A DNA stretch of 64,000 bases from Sphingomonadaceae bacterium (GCA_050261575.1 JBLNDL010000070.1:1-64000); one strand, 5' to 3'. Positions 36,781 to 47,141 are shown, counted from the first letter of the stretch. Numbers and translations are program-made. Notes: generated from the sequence alone by a model not told the origin.

Positions 36781-36825
36781 TTGTCGACAAGCGGCAATGC
36801 TAAGGAATCGGCTCTGCACTGTCAA
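36781..36825 (-). promoter_or_regulatory. sigma70 promoter with palindromic operator candidate for the GntR/hydantoin operon
   Basis: TTGACA(36825)-N17-TAGCAT(36797) on the minus strand; palindrome TTGTCGACAA at 36781-36790 at the predicted start site. Confidence 0.7.
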
Positions 36826-37027
36826 GGGGTCCGCCGCGATACGCGGGATGCTACCCGCGCGCCGGGCCTAGAACAACGTGCCATCTGCCCAACAACGGGA
36901 GCCCACTCTTGGGCAAACCTCACAAATGGGGCTGCGCCGGCCGCCCGCGGCCCCGTGGACTGGATGTCCGCTTGGCTCGGTTCGTGCCCTGCCAGGCCCA
37001 GAACCCGGCCGTTCGCGAGGCACGACG

Positions 37028-37804
37028 ATGTCCCACATGCACATACCCGATGGCGTGATGCCCCTCTGGATCGTCGCCACAGGATGGGCGCTCACGGCCG
37101 GGCTGCTGGCCGTGGCCGTGAGAACCCTGCAGCGGCCAACGGCGGAGCGGAGGCTTCCCCTCCTGGGGGTCATGTCGGCCCTGATGCTGGTCGGCATGTC
37201 GGTGGAAATCGTCCCCATCGGGTACCATCTCAACCTCACGGTGATCACCGGTATCCTGCTGGGACCGGCCCTCGGCTTCATCGCCGCCTTCCTGGTGAAC
37301 CTGGTCCTCGCGCTCATCGGCCACGGTGGGATCACCGTGGCGGGGTTGAACACCATCGTGTCAGGCGTCGAGGTGCTGCTTGGCTACTACCTCTTCCGTG
37401 GTCTCCGCACCCTCTGGGGAGATGGCCCCGGGATCAGATGGGAGGCAGGCATCACCACGCTTATCGCGCTGATCACCGGCAGCCTGCTGATGATCGGCAT
37501 CGTGGGCATCTCCAACGTCAACCCTGCCGTCGCGGCGCCCGAGTCCGGCGCAGTCGACCCCGGCACCCTGTCCTTCCGCAACCCCTTTGGCGCCGGGGTT
37601 CTGAGAGTGGAAGCGTTGGAACGGCCGGAGACCGCCCAGTCGCGGACGGAGCTCGCCACCTTCGCCACTCTAGTGCTGGGTCTGGGCCTCCCAGGATGGG
37701 TGATCGAGTCCCTCGTCACCGGCTTCCTGGTCGGCTATCTAGCCCTGGTCCGCCCGGACCTGGTGGAGGGACCCCCTCACTCCGAGACTGGCCGGAGGAG
37801 TTAG
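37028..37804 (+). CDS. cbiM: Co/Ni ECF transporter S component (CbiM/NikM family)
   Basis: MHIPDG N-terminal metal-binding motif, H.N, GHGGIT..G.N, IE..VT. Confidence 0.85.
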   Translation: MSHMHIPDGVMPLWIVATGWALTAGLLAVAVRTLQRPTAERRLPLLGVMSALMLVGMSVEIVPIGYHLNLTVITGILLGPALGFIAAFLVNLVLALIGHGGITVAGLNTIVSGVEVLLGYYLFRGLRTLWGDGPGIRWEAGITTLIALITGSLLMIGIVGISNVNPAVAAPESGAVDPGTLSFRNPFGAGVLRVEALERPETAQSRTELATFATLVLGLGLPGWVIESLVTGFLVGYLALVRPDLVEGPPHSETGRRS

Positions 37805-37807
37805 CCC

Positions 37808-38620
37808 GTGGACATCGGCTCCATCGACTTCTGGGCGGTTCACGGTCGCAGCGTGCTCCACCGGGCTTCGGCTTCCACCAAGCTGGCCGCCGCCGCTATT
37901 CTGATCGTCGCTATCGTGGCCACCGGCGACCCGTTCACTCTGATAGCCATCTACCTGGCCGTGGTTGACGGCATCGTGCTGTCCGGTCTGCCTGTGTTGC
38001 GGCTGCTGGCCCTCGCGGCCTATCCGGTCCTGTTCGTCCTGCTGTTCGCGGCCAGCCGCTGGACCGGCTCGTTGCTCGATCCCCTGGTGATCCTACTGAA
38101 GGCGATGGCCGCCGCGGCAACGATGGTGGCTCTCGTCGCCACCACGCCCTACCCGCAACTGTTCGCGCTGCTGCGCCGCGTTCTCCCGTGGCCCGTAGCC
38201 GATGCCCTCTTCCTGACCTACCGCTCGCTCTTCATCCTGCTGGACGTGCTGGGCGACCTGCTCGTCGCCCTGCGGCTGCGTGGAGGCGTCGGCCGCAGGA
38301 GCTACCTCCGGAACGCCCGAAACCTCGCCGCCGGGCTCGGCCTGCTGCTGGTGCGAGGCATCGCCTACTCGGAACAGCTCTACCACGTGCTGAGGCTGCG
38401 AGGCTACTCAGGGAGGCTGGCTGCCGGTCCCTCCCTGCGCCCTGCCACAGGGGCCGACCTCCTGCCTCTGGGAGCTGCCCTTGCAATCTTGGGAGCCGTG
38501 TTGTTCTTCCGCTTCGTCCCCGACGGCGCCCAGTACAACGGCTTCCTGCTGCTGGCCTCGCTGCTCGCGCTTCCCCTCGCCTGGAGGGCGCGCCGCCCGC
38601 CGGGAATGGAGGCTCGCTGA
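37808..38620 (+). CDS. cbiQ: Co/Ni ECF T component
   Basis: S.LHR....KL, TYR.LF, ALRLRG, LRGY.G. Confidence 0.8.
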   Translation: MDIGSIDFWAVHGRSVLHRASASTKLAAAAILIVAIVATGDPFTLIAIYLAVVDGIVLSGLPVLRLLALAAYPVLFVLLFAASRWTGSLLDPLVILLKAMAAAATMVALVATTPYPQLFALLRRVLPWPVADALFLTYRSLFILLDVLGDLLVALRLRGGVGRRSYLRNARNLAAGLGLLLVRGIAYSEQLYHVLRLRGYSGRLAAGPSLRPATGADLLPLGAALAILGAVLFFRFVPDGAQYNGFLLLASLLALPLAWRARRPPGMEAR

Positions 38621-38623
38621 GCC

Positions 38624-39478
38624 ATGGAGTCGATCGCCACCGCCTCCGACGTCCACTACGTCTACCAGGACGGAACCCGACTCCACTACGCGGGGATCGA
38701 GTTCGCCGTCGGACGTAGCGAGCGGGTGGTTCTGCTGGGGCCTAACGGGAGCGGAAAGACCACTCTCCTCTTCCTGCTGGTAGGCATCCTGCGGCCCAGC
38801 CTCGGTAGCGTGCGCGTCTTCGGGCAGGACCCAGCGGACCGGTTCGAGGAGATCCGTCGCCGGATCGGCATGGTCCTGCAGGACCCATCCCGCCAGATCA
38901 TCGCGCCGACGGTCCGCGACGATATCGCCTTCTCGCCGCGCAACTATGGCGTTCCGGAGCCGGAGGTGGAGCACCAGGTGCTGGAGATAGCCCGCCAGTT
39001 CGAGATCGAACCGCTGCTGGACAAGGTGCCCCACTACCTGTCGGGCGGGGAAAAGACCAAAGTGGCGCTGGCCGGTTCCCTGGTGATGAAGCCGGATCTG
39101 CTGGTGCTGGACGAGCCCTTCGAGGGTCTGGACACCGTGGCGAAATCGGAGTTGGCGGCCCTGCTGTCCCGGCTCCATGCCGAGCGGGGCATCTCAATCA
39201 TCGCCACCACCCACGAGATCAATCTGATTCCGGAATTCGTCGACACCGTCTACCTGCTGGCCAGGGGAGGCTGCCTGGTGGCCAAGAGCACGCCCAGAGA
39301 GCTGTTTGCCCGCCCGGAGCTGTTGGCCCAGCACCACCTCGAGCCGCCCATCCTGGCCTCCCTCTTCCACGAGTTGCGGCGCCGGGGCATCCAGATCGGA
39401 ACCGCCCTCACCCCCGAGGAAGCCGCCGAGTCCCTGGCACGTCTGCTGCTACGCACGGAGGGTCGGGACGCGTCATGA
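38624..39478 (+). CDS. cbiO: Co/Ni ECF ATPase
   Basis: GPNGSGKTT, LQDP..Q, LSGGE, LDEP, TTHE. Confidence 0.85.
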   Translation: MESIATASDVHYVYQDGTRLHYAGIEFAVGRSERVVLLGPNGSGKTTLLFLLVGILRPSLGSVRVFGQDPADRFEEIRRRIGMVLQDPSRQIIAPTVRDDIAFSPRNYGVPEPEVEHQVLEIARQFEIEPLLDKVPHYLSGGEKTKVALAGSLVMKPDLLVLDEPFEGLDTVAKSELAALLSRLHAERGISIIATTHEINLIPEFVDTVYLLARGGCLVAKSTPRELFARPELLAQHHLEPPILASLFHELRRRGIQIGTALTPEEAAESLARLLLRTEGRDAS

Positions 39479-39603
39479 ACACCGGACGAACCGTGCCGGG
39501 TGCAGCAGTCGAACCGGCATGGGGGCGCGCGGAGAAACATGCGAGCAGCAGTGGATAGCCTGGGCACTGCTTCGAGATCGACGCAGTATCGGCACGACGA
39601 TCG

Positions 39604-40506
39604 ATGAGGATCGAACAGGTCGGCGCCAACACCTCCTGCCTCGCAGGCCACTCGCTAGAGGAGGCTGTCAACGTCATCCGCCAGTTGGGCTTCCACGGCC
39701 TCACGCTCCTGGGATTCGCGGGTGCCCGCCACAGCTACGGCGAGTTGGCGGGGTTCTGGTTTCGGGAGCTATCTGGCGCCCAGCGGGCAGAGTTGAGGAG
39801 AGTCGTTTCAGGCTTCGAGAAGCTCACCATACACGCCCCCTTTGCCGACCTGCCCCTCTTTACCTACGACCCTCGCCTGGCGAGGCTCTCCCTGGACCGT
39901 GTCAAGGAGTCCATCGACGCGGCGGAGTACCTTAGGGCTACGGTGGTGACGGTCCACGCCAACCGGCGAGCCAACTACCCCGTCACCGACTACTGGGAGG
40001 ATATGGTATCCACCTTCCGGTTATTGGGGGATTATGCGGTGCAGCGTGGGGTGCAACTCGGCCTGGAAACCGGCTTCCCCGACAAGGTGGAGGAGTTCGT
40101 CGACCTCCTGGAAGCCGTCAACCATCACGGGGTCGGCGCCACCCTGGACACTGGGCACCTGGCCAGGTACGTGGACCACGATCTATGGAGGACTCCGGCG
40201 GGGGCGGTCCAACTGAACGATCGCCTGATGGACATCACCCGCCAACTGGGCATCCAGATCGTTCACTGCCACCTCCACGACGTCGGGCTCGCGGACTGGA
40301 GAGATCACCACGCCGTCGGTAGAGGGCTCATCGACTTCCAGCCCTTCCTGGCCGAGCTTCAATCGGTGGGCTACGAAGGGATGCTGGAGCTCGAGTTGGA
40401 GGAGGCGGACCAAGTCACATCCCTGGAGGAGAGCAAGGGCGAACTGGAGTCGATGCTCTTCCGGCTGGATCGTGTTCAACGCTTCAGCCGTCGTCGCGCG
40501 GCCTAG
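39604..40506 (+). CDS. Sugar phosphate isomerase/epimerase family TIM barrel protein
   Basis: HAPF.D, VH, LE, LDTGH, HLHD...DH...G.G.ID, LE. Confidence 0.85.
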   Translation: MRIEQVGANTSCLAGHSLEEAVNVIRQLGFHGLTLLGFAGARHSYGELAGFWFRELSGAQRAELRRVVSGFEKLTIHAPFADLPLFTYDPRLARLSLDRVKESIDAAEYLRATVVTVHANRRANYPVTDYWEDMVSTFRLLGDYAVQRGVQLGLETGFPDKVEEFVDLLEAVNHHGVGATLDTGHLARYVDHDLWRTPAGAVQLNDRLMDITRQLGIQIVHCHLHDVGLADWRDHHAVGRGLIDFQPFLAELQSVGYEGMLELELEEADQVTSLEESKGELESMLFRLDRVQRFSRRRAA

Positions 40507-40516
40507 GCCACTGCAG

Positions 40517-40864
40517 CTAGACCCCTGACGCCACGACGAAGCTCACGCCCAGCAACGCCAACACGGCCAACGACACCAGGGCGAAGCGAGGGCGATGCTC
40601 CCACAGAAAGCCGAAAACCAGGGCTATCACCCGAACCACCGGCGTCGCCACGAGGATCAGTATGCCCGTATCCATCAGACCGATGGGACTCAGCATGAGT
40701 GCCCCCTGGAGGGCACTCCAGGGCGAAGGGCCAGCAGGCCCTTCCAATGGTCTGCCGGCCAGCATCAACGCCAACCCCAGGATCATTGAGAGGAGCCCAG
40801 CCGCAGAGCCGGCCAGCAACACGCTGGCGATGACGTCGTCCAGCCTCCCCTCGCGGTCTTCCAT
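40517..40864 (-). CDS. DUF1634 membrane protein
   Basis: GILILVATP.VRV motif; follows TauE, as is usual for this family. Confidence 0.8.
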   Translation of the reverse strand: MEDREGRLDDVIASVLLAGSAAGLLSMILGLALMLAGRPLEGPAGPSPWSALQGALMLSPIGLMDTGILILVATPVVRVIALVFGFLWEHRPRFALVSLAVLALLGVSFVVASGV

Positions 40865-41700
40865 CAGTAGACTCCCAGCACCGACAGGACCATCAGCGCC
40901 GCGACCACGATCAGCATCAGGGCAAACCCGCGGCTAAGGATGTCCCGGTGGATGTGGGGAGCCCACCGGGCACCGGCCAGCGAGCCCAGGAAGACCCCGA
41001 CAGCCACCGCCGAGGTGACGGGAGGATCCACGAGGCCCGCGGAATAGTAGATGTAGGCGCTCGCCGCCGCCGTCACACCTATCATGAAGTTGCTGGTGGC
41101 CACCGCCGCCTTCACCGGCACCCGCATCCCCAGCACCATCGTGGGCACCTTGACGATGCCTCCCCCGATGCCGAGCAGCCCGGAGAGAAGGCCCGCGAGG
41201 GCGCTGAAGCCCAGGCCCAGAGGCAGCCACCGAACCCGGTATCGCACATCTCTTCGGAGGTTGGGATCGTGGTAGCACCCTCCCAGATCCCCCTCCTCGC
41301 GGGCCTCCGGAACCGACACCACCTCCAGCACCACCTCGGTCTGCCTCGCCATCGCCACCGCCACGCCCACTAGAGAGAGCGCAAACACCAGAGTGAGCGT
41401 CGTGCGATCCAGCGAGACAGCGGTGAGCCCTCCCAGTATGCCGCCGATAGTGGTGGTCACCTCCAGTGTGACCCCAAGCCGAAGGTTCGTGATTCGATTG
41501 CCGAGGTAGATGGCTGCCGCCGCGGAGGAAGTAGCGATGACGGCCACGATGCTGGCGGCGATGGCGTTGTGGATGGGTACACCCATGGCCAGAGTGAGGA
41601 AGGGAACCATGAGGCTGCCCCCTCCAATGCCCAACATGGCTCCCAGGCAGCCTATGCCCACGCCCGCTACCAAGATACCCAGCAGCTCCCAACCTGGCAC
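40864..41700 (-). CDS. Sulfite exporter TauE/SafE family protein
   Basis: Repeated GIGGG...VP motifs, AVATSNFMIGVTA. Confidence 0.9.
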   Translation of the reverse strand: MPGWELLGILVAGVGIGCLGAMLGIGGGSLMVPFLTLAMGVPIHNAIAASIVAVIATSSAAAAIYLGNRITNLRLGVTLEVTTTIGGILGGLTAVSLDRTTLTLVFALSLVGVAVAMARQTEVVLEVVSVPEAREEGDLGGCYHDPNLRRDVRYRVRWLPLGLGFSALAGLLSGLLGIGGGIVKVPTMVLGMRVPVKAAVATSNFMIGVTAAASAYIYYSAGLVDPPVTSAVAVGVFLGSLAGARWAPHIHRDILSRGFALMLIVVAALMVLSVLGVY

Positions 41701-41733
41701 CACCCACCCCCGATCGCATGGAGGAGGTGCTGA

Positions 41734-41787
41734 GCACACCCCGTGCCCCCTGCCGTCGCATCCACTTGAACCTGGCACACTCAGTGC
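41734..41787. promoter_or_regulatory. Divergent pair of weaker sigma54-like motifs
   Basis: Minus: GGGCAC-GGGGT-GTGC (41734-41748) toward TauE; plus: TGGCAC-ACTCA-GTGC (41773-41787) toward the CPBP gene. Confidence 0.4.
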
Positions 41788-41802
41788 GAAACAGGCTTCA
41801 CC

Positions 41803-42507
41803 ATGCAGAACCACGCCGAGCCCAGCCGGGAAGAGCAGACCCTGGAGTTGCTGGTCTTTCTCTTCCTCATCGTCCCGTCGATCGTGCTGTCCCTGTTCTC
41901 TCTGGGGACGCCTCAGGTCGGGTTCGTCCTGCTGGCGATCTCCACCATCTTCCGAGACCTGGCGCTAGTGGCTCTCATCGCCTTCTTCCTCTGGCGTAAC
42001 GGCGAGTCTCCGGGGCGGATCGGCTGGACTTCCCAGAGCTTGGGGACCAACCTGCTCCTCGGGGTGCTGCTCTTCCCCGTCGTCCTCATCGGCGCCGCCG
42101 CCCTTGGTGCCCTCCTGCGCTCCCTGGGGCTATCCGGCCCTGCCGAATCCACCCCCTCCTTTCTCCTCCCGCGCGGCTACGCCGAGGTCGCTCTGGGGAT
42201 TGTGCTGGTGGCGGTCGTGGCCGTGTCCGAGGAGACCATCTTTCGAGGCTACCTGATCACCCGCTTGGTCGGCGTGACCGGCAGCACGACGCTCGCCGTG
42301 ATCGTCTCGTCAGTGATCTTCTCCCTGGGCCACGGCTACGAGGGAACGGCGGGGATAGTTGCAGTTGGGGCAATGGGTCTGGTCCTCGCCCTGCTGTTCG
42401 TCTGGCGGAGGAGTCTGGTGGCCCCCACGACGATCCATTTCCTCAACAACTTCGTCGGCATCGTGCTGCTCCCGCTCGGTGGCACATCCGGCATGACCCC
42501 GGCGTAG
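41803..42507 (+). CDS. CPBP (Abi/CAAX) family intramembrane metalloprotease
   Basis: EETIFRGY, F...H, H...N motifs. Confidence 0.9.
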   Translation: MQNHAEPSREEQTLELLVFLFLIVPSIVLSLFSLGTPQVGFVLLAISTIFRDLALVALIAFFLWRNGESPGRIGWTSQSLGTNLLLGVLLFPVVLIGAAALGALLRSLGLSGPAESTPSFLLPRGYAEVALGIVLVAVVAVSEETIFRGYLITRLVGVTGSTTLAVIVSSVIFSLGHGYEGTAGIVAVGAMGLVLALLFVWRRSLVAPTTIHFLNNFVGIVLLPLGGTSGMTPA

Positions 42508-42717
42508 CACCATCCGCAGAGGCAGCGGCATCCATACGGGCTGGCCGGACGAGCGGGCTGCCGATCTCGACCCTCAGGACGCATACAGCCAGCGTTGTGG
42601 TAATCTCTTGGATACTGCCTCGCTGCGCCCGCTCGCGCGAGGAGTGCGTCACGAGCGGGCTTCGGTCGATGGCGGCCGCCTCAAGAATCGGAAGCGAGGG
42701 TGATCTACACCGACACG

Positions 42718-43683
42718 ATGGAGCGAAGCTTGAGCAAGACCAACGTGGTATTCGGCGCCACGGGCGCCCTAGGAGCAGCGGTGGTTCGCAGGTTGGCAGA
42801 TCAGGGCGAAACCGTTCGCGCCGTGGTGCGAGACCTGGATCTCGCCAAAGAGATCCTTCCCCCGTCGGCCGGCATCGTCGTCGCCGACGTGCTCGTCCCC
42901 AAGAAGGCTCGTGCCGCGTGCGAGGGGGCAACCATCGTCTATCACTGCGTCAACGTGCGCTACAGCCTCTGGGAGAAGCTGATGCCCACGATCACGGACA
43001 ACATCCTGGACGCTGCGGGGAAGGCCGGTGCGAGGTTGGTCTTCCCCGGCAACGTCTACGGCTACGGCCCCTTCCAGCGGATACCCGCGACCGAGGAACA
43101 TCCTCTGGATGCCACCAGCAAGAAGGGACGGCTGCGGAATCGCTTGGAGCAACGCCTGATGCAGGCACATCAGGCCGGAGATGTACCGGTGGTGATCCCC
43201 CGTCTCCCCGACTTCTACGGGCCCAACGTGGTGAACCCACTGGTAGGTCCGATCTTCCGCCAGGCTCTGGCCGGCAAGACCGCCACCTGGCCGGGCAGTC
43301 TGGATGCGCTCCACGATCTGCTGTTCATAGACGACGCGGCCAATGCCTGCGTCCTCCTGGGCTCGAGGAAAGATGCCTACGGGGAGGTGTGGCACGTGCC
43401 CGGCGCCGGGCCACTTACGGGACGGCAGTTCCTGGAGATGGTATTCCATGCTGCCGGCGCGCCACCCAGCATCAAGGCCATAGGCCGATTCCTCTTCCGG
43501 TTCTTCGGCCTTCTCATTCCGGATGCTGGCGAGATGACGGAGATCCTGTACCAGTTCGAGAAGCCGATGGTGCTGGACGGAGGCAAGTTCTCCCGGGCCT
43601 TTCCGGACTTCCGCTACACCCCTCACGAGGAGGCCGTGGCAGCCACCCTGGAGTGGTTCCGGAGAGAGGAGGCATCGAGGTGA
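42718..43683 (+). CDS. NAD-dependent epimerase/dehydratase (atypical SDR)
   Basis: GATGALG, GNVYGYG, KGRLR..LE, PDFYGP. Confidence 0.88.
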   Translation: MERSLSKTNVVFGATGALGAAVVRRLADQGETVRAVVRDLDLAKEILPPSAGIVVADVLVPKKARAACEGATIVYHCVNVRYSLWEKLMPTITDNILDAAGKAGARLVFPGNVYGYGPFQRIPATEEHPLDATSKKGRLRNRLEQRLMQAHQAGDVPVVIPRLPDFYGPNVVNPLVGPIFRQALAGKTATWPGSLDALHDLLFIDDAANACVLLGSRKDAYGEVWHVPGAGPLTGRQFLEMVFHAAGAPPSIKAIGRFLFRFFGLLIPDAGEMTEILYQFEKPMVLDGGKFSRAFPDFRYTPHEEAVAATLEWFRREEASR

Positions 43684-43702
43684 CGAGCGGGGTGGACGGG
43701 CG

Positions 43703-44110
43703 ATGAGGGTCACTGTCCTCTCCGGCACGCTAGCACTCTGCCGCTTGGCGCCGGATCGGGAGATCCCCGATTGGGCGCTCCGCGACAGGAGCTTCCTCTC
43801 CGTGACCTACACGCCCTCGGAGCTATCCATCGTCTGCCCTGCCTATGCGGTGCCGGCGGACGTCGCGGGCGCATGCGATGCTGGCTGGGTAGCCCTACGG
43901 GTGGAGGGGCCACTCGACCACTCCCTGATCGGTGTGCTGGCCGCGCTGTCCGCACCCCTTGCCGAGGCCGGCGTTCCCATTTTCGCGCTCTCCACCTACG
44001 ACACCGACTACCTCCTGGTGATGGAGGATCATCTGGAGAGGGCAAGGGCAGCGCTGGAGGCCAGTGGCCACCAGGTCGAGTGGGAACTGGGTTCCGCAGA
44101 GGGTCAGTAG
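43703..44110 (+). CDS. ACT domain protein (CASTOR-like)
   Basis: SVT.T..ELSIVC, GPLD..LIG.LA, FALSTYDTDY.LV. Confidence 0.88.
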   Translation: MRVTVLSGTLALCRLAPDREIPDWALRDRSFLSVTYTPSELSIVCPAYAVPADVAGACDAGWVALRVEGPLDHSLIGVLAALSAPLAEAGVPIFALSTYDTDYLLVMEDHLERARAALEASGHQVEWELGSAEGQ

Positions 44111-44180
44111 CCGCGCCTCTGGGGCGCCCGCCGACCGAAGCGGATGGCAACCGTGTGCGGCAGTCGGCCGGGCGAACCAG

Positions 44181-46280
44181 TTACAGCCGAAGCCCCCGCA
44201 GCAGTTGGGCGTTGAAGGCCACTATCACAGTGCTCGCGGACATGAACAGCGCCCCCACCGCAGGGGCAAGGAAGATCCCCCAGGGGGCTAGGACGCCGGC
44301 GGCCAGCGGAAGGGCAACGACGTTGTAGCCGGTGGCCCACGCCAGATTCTGCACCATCTTCCGGTAGCTGGCGCGGCTCAGCTTCACGACATTCACCACG
44401 TCCCTCGGATCGTTCCTCACCAGGATGATCCCCGCGCTCTCGATCGCCACGTTCGTGCCGGCACCGATCGCGATCCCGACGTCCGCCGTGAGCAGGGCCG
44501 GAGCGTCGTTGATGCCGTCCCCCACCATGGCCACCCGATTCCCCCTGCGTCGCAACTCCGCCACCCGATCGGCCTTGTGCTCCGGCAGCACCTGGGCGAA
44601 GTACTCGTCGATCCCAAGCTCCCGAGCGACCGAGCGGGCAACGGCCTCGCTGTCTCCTGTCAGCATCGCCACCTTCATCCCCATGGCCTTCAGTTGGCTC
44701 ACGGCCTCCCTCGACTCCTCACGGATCACGTCGGCCAGAGCGAATGCGGCCTCGACGCGTCCCTCACTCACCAGGTACACCACCGTCTTCCCCTCGTCGC
44801 CCCAGCGGTCGGAGATGTCCCGCAGTTCCCGCGGCGGCTCCACTCGAAGGTACTCCAGCAGGCGGGGGCCACCAACCAGCATCTCGTGGCCCTCCACCGT
44901 GGCCCGGGCCCCACGGCCCGCCAGAACCTCGAATCCCCTGGCGTCCGGTACCCGGAGACTCCGCCCCACGGCGGCCCTTCGGATCGCCTGTGCGATCACG
45001 TGCTCGGAATCCCCCTCCACGGCCGCCGCCAGCGCAAGGGCTCTCTCCTGCGTGAGCCCCCCTACCGTGGACACACCCACCAACCCCTGCTCGCCCTTCG
45101 TCAGGGTGCCCGTCTTGTCGAATACCACCACGTCGAGGTCCCTGGCCTGCTCCAGGGCCAGCCTCTCCCTCACCAACAGCCCACTTCGAGCCGCCAGAGT
45201 GGTCGAGATGGAGACGACCAGCGGTATGGCCAGCCCCAGGGCGTGGGGACAGGCGATCACGAGCACCGTCACGGTCCGCTCCAGTGCGAAAGCCGGGTTC
45301 CGCGTCGACAGCAGCCAGACGACCAGGGTCAGGCCGCCGGCCACGATGGCCACGATGGTGAGCCAATAGGCGGCCCGGTCGGCCAGGGCTTGCGCACGGG
45401 AGCGCGACTGCTGGGCATGCTCCACCAGCCGCATGATCCCAGCCAGCACGGTCTCCTCCCCGGTTTTCTCTACCCGTACCCTGAGCGACCCATCCAGGCA
45501 GATGGTTCCACCGATCACACGGCTGCCCGCCGTCTTCGCATTCGGCCTGGACTCGCCGGTGATCATCGCTTCGTTGACGTTCGCCTGGCCCTCCACCACC
45601 ACGCCGTCGGCTGGGATCCTCCCGCCGGGGCGCACCAGCAGCAGGTCCCCGACCTCCAGCGCTTCCACCGGCACCTCCTCAATTGCGCCGTCAACGATCC
45701 GCTCCGCCCGGTCCGGAAGCAGCTTGGCCAGCTCTGCCAGGGCGCCCCTTGCCCGCCCCACTGCCCGCATCTCGATCCAGTGGCCCAGCAGCATCACCAC
45801 CACCAGCGTGGCCAACTCCCAGTACAGGGGCATGCCAGGCAGCAGGAACTGGCTGGCAACGCTGTATCCGTAAGCCACCGTGATCGCGAGGGCCACCAGC
45901 GTCATCATCCCGGGGATGCGCACGGACAGCTCGCGTACGGCACCCCGAAGGAAGACGATGCCGCCGTAGAAGTAGATGATGGTGGCCAGCACTAGGGGAA
46001 TGTACTGCGAACCGGGAAAGTCAGCCGCGGTGTAGCCCAGCAGTTGCTGGGGTAGATCCGCGAAGTAGAGGATGGGCAGGGTGAGCGCGAGGCACACCCA
46101 GAAGCGACGCGCGAAGTCGGCAACTTCGTGACCCTCGTGTGCGGCCGCGTGCCGCTCTGGATGCCCGCCTTCGGGAGGGGGATGGTGCTGCGCCATCTGG
46201 CCGCTCGGCAAGGGGACCGCCAGTGGCCGCCGCGCGGGGCTACTCTCCGGCTCGTCCGCGTGGTGCGCACGCTGATGCAT
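44181..46280 (-). CDS. copB: Copper-translocating P1B-3 type ATPase (CopB-like)
   Basis: His-rich N-terminus, TGES, CPHALGL, DKTGT, GDGINDAP, YN and MSAST TM motifs. Confidence 0.9.
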   Translation of the reverse strand: MHQRAHHADEPESSPARRPLAVPLPSGQMAQHHPPPEGGHPERHAAAHEGHEVADFARRFWVCLALTLPILYFADLPQQLLGYTAADFPGSQYIPLVLATIIYFYGGIVFLRGAVRELSVRIPGMMTLVALAITVAYGYSVASQFLLPGMPLYWELATLVVVMLLGHWIEMRAVGRARGALAELAKLLPDRAERIVDGAIEEVPVEALEVGDLLLVRPGGRIPADGVVVEGQANVNEAMITGESRPNAKTAGSRVIGGTICLDGSLRVRVEKTGEETVLAGIMRLVEHAQQSRSRAQALADRAAYWLTIVAIVAGGLTLVVWLLSTRNPAFALERTVTVLVIACPHALGLAIPLVVSISTTLAARSGLLVRERLALEQARDLDVVVFDKTGTLTKGEQGLVGVSTVGGLTQERALALAAAVEGDSEHVIAQAIRRAAVGRSLRVPDARGFEVLAGRGARATVEGHEMLVGGPRLLEYLRVEPPRELRDISDRWGDEGKTVVYLVSEGRVEAAFALADVIREESREAVSQLKAMGMKVAMLTGDSEAVARSVARELGIDEYFAQVLPEHKADRVAELRRRGNRVAMVGDGINDAPALLTADVGIAIGAGTNVAIESAGIILVRNDPRDVVNVVKLSRASYRKMVQNLAWATGYNVVALPLAAGVLAPWGIFLAPAVGALFMSASTVIVAFNAQLLRGLRL

Positions 46281-46324
46281 GGCGGTCCGTACCCATCTGG
46301 TTGGATAGAGTCGCCGTGCAACAG

Positions 46325-46339
46325 GCAAGGGATGTGCCA
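46325..46339 (-). promoter_or_regulatory. sigma54-type -24/-12 promoter motif
   Basis: TGGCAC-ATCCC-TTGC, 45 nt upstream of ATG 46280. Confidence 0.65.
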
Positions 46340-46512
46340 GTCTGCCGATCCCAGGCGGTCGGGATTGCCCCAACCCCGACGGTCGATATCGCCGACGCCG
46401 ACGTTGGGGAGACAGCGCGAGCGGGCAAGGCCCCGCGGTCAAGCCCGCCCGACGTTGGGGCCGCACCGGCGGCCGCGGCCGCCCCGACGGTCCGGACGGG
46501 CTGCGGGCAGGG

Positions 46513-47085
46513 TCAGGCGGCCTTTCGCATCAGCCCCTTGCTCTGGACAAAGAGTTGGATCATTTCCCTGTTGAAGGCGGGAATGTCGGAGGGCTGGCGA
46601 CTGCTCACCCAGTTGCGGTCCCTCACCACCCCCTCGTCCACCCATTCGCCACCCGCGTTTCTTATGTCATCCTGGATGGTGTAGTAGGCGGCCAGCCGGC
46701 GCCCTTTGACCAGCCCCGCAGAAACCAGCAGCCATGGGGCGTGGCAGATGACCGCGATCGGCTTTCCCAGGCTGTCGAAGTTGCGGACGAAATCACGCGC
46801 TTTCCGATTCATCCGAAGGGCATCCGCATTCAGAGCGCCGCCGGGCAGGAGAACTGCGTCGAAATCATCGGGATTCGCCTGGTCGATGGGCAGATCCACC
46901 TTGAAGGTGTCTGCCTTGACGTCGTGCTTCATCCCCTGGACCTGGTTCCGAACCGGCGATATCAACACCGTCTCCGCCCCCGCTTCTTCCAGGGCTTTGC
47001 GGGGCTCCGTCATCTCCACCTGCTCGAAGTCATCGGCCACTATGATGGCCACCCGCACGCCGCGCAGGATGTCTTTCTGCTGCAT
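46513..47085 (-). CDS. PfpI/YhbO family (DJ-1) protein
   Basis: FEQVEM, LPGG..N.D.LR, ICHAPW, VSSRQP.DIPAF; AGGAGG RBS. Confidence 0.92.
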   Translation of the reverse strand: MQQKDILRGVRVAIIVADDFEQVEMTEPRKALEEAGAETVLISPVRNQVQGMKHDVKADTFKVDLPIDQANPDDFDAVLLPGGALNADALRMNRKARDFVRNFDSLGKPIAVICHAPWLLVSAGLVKGRRLAAYYTIQDDIRNAGGEWVDEGVVRDRNWVSSRQPSDIPAFNREMIQLFVQSKGLMRKAA

Positions 47086-47141
47086 CGGGACCCTCCTGAA
47101 TCGCATGTGGCTTGGATTGCCGTCGAGGTAGCCCGTACACG

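Noticed and set aside
36826..37027. Cobalamin, NiCo or c-di-GMP riboswitch upstream of cbiM
   Set aside because: Only short stems and a GGCAAACC fragment; no B12 box or other conserved core recognised.
44181..46280. P1B ATPase as the missing ferrosome FezB
   Set aside because: CPH, YN and MSAST motifs with a His-rich N-terminus indicate P1B-3 copper type, not P1B-6.
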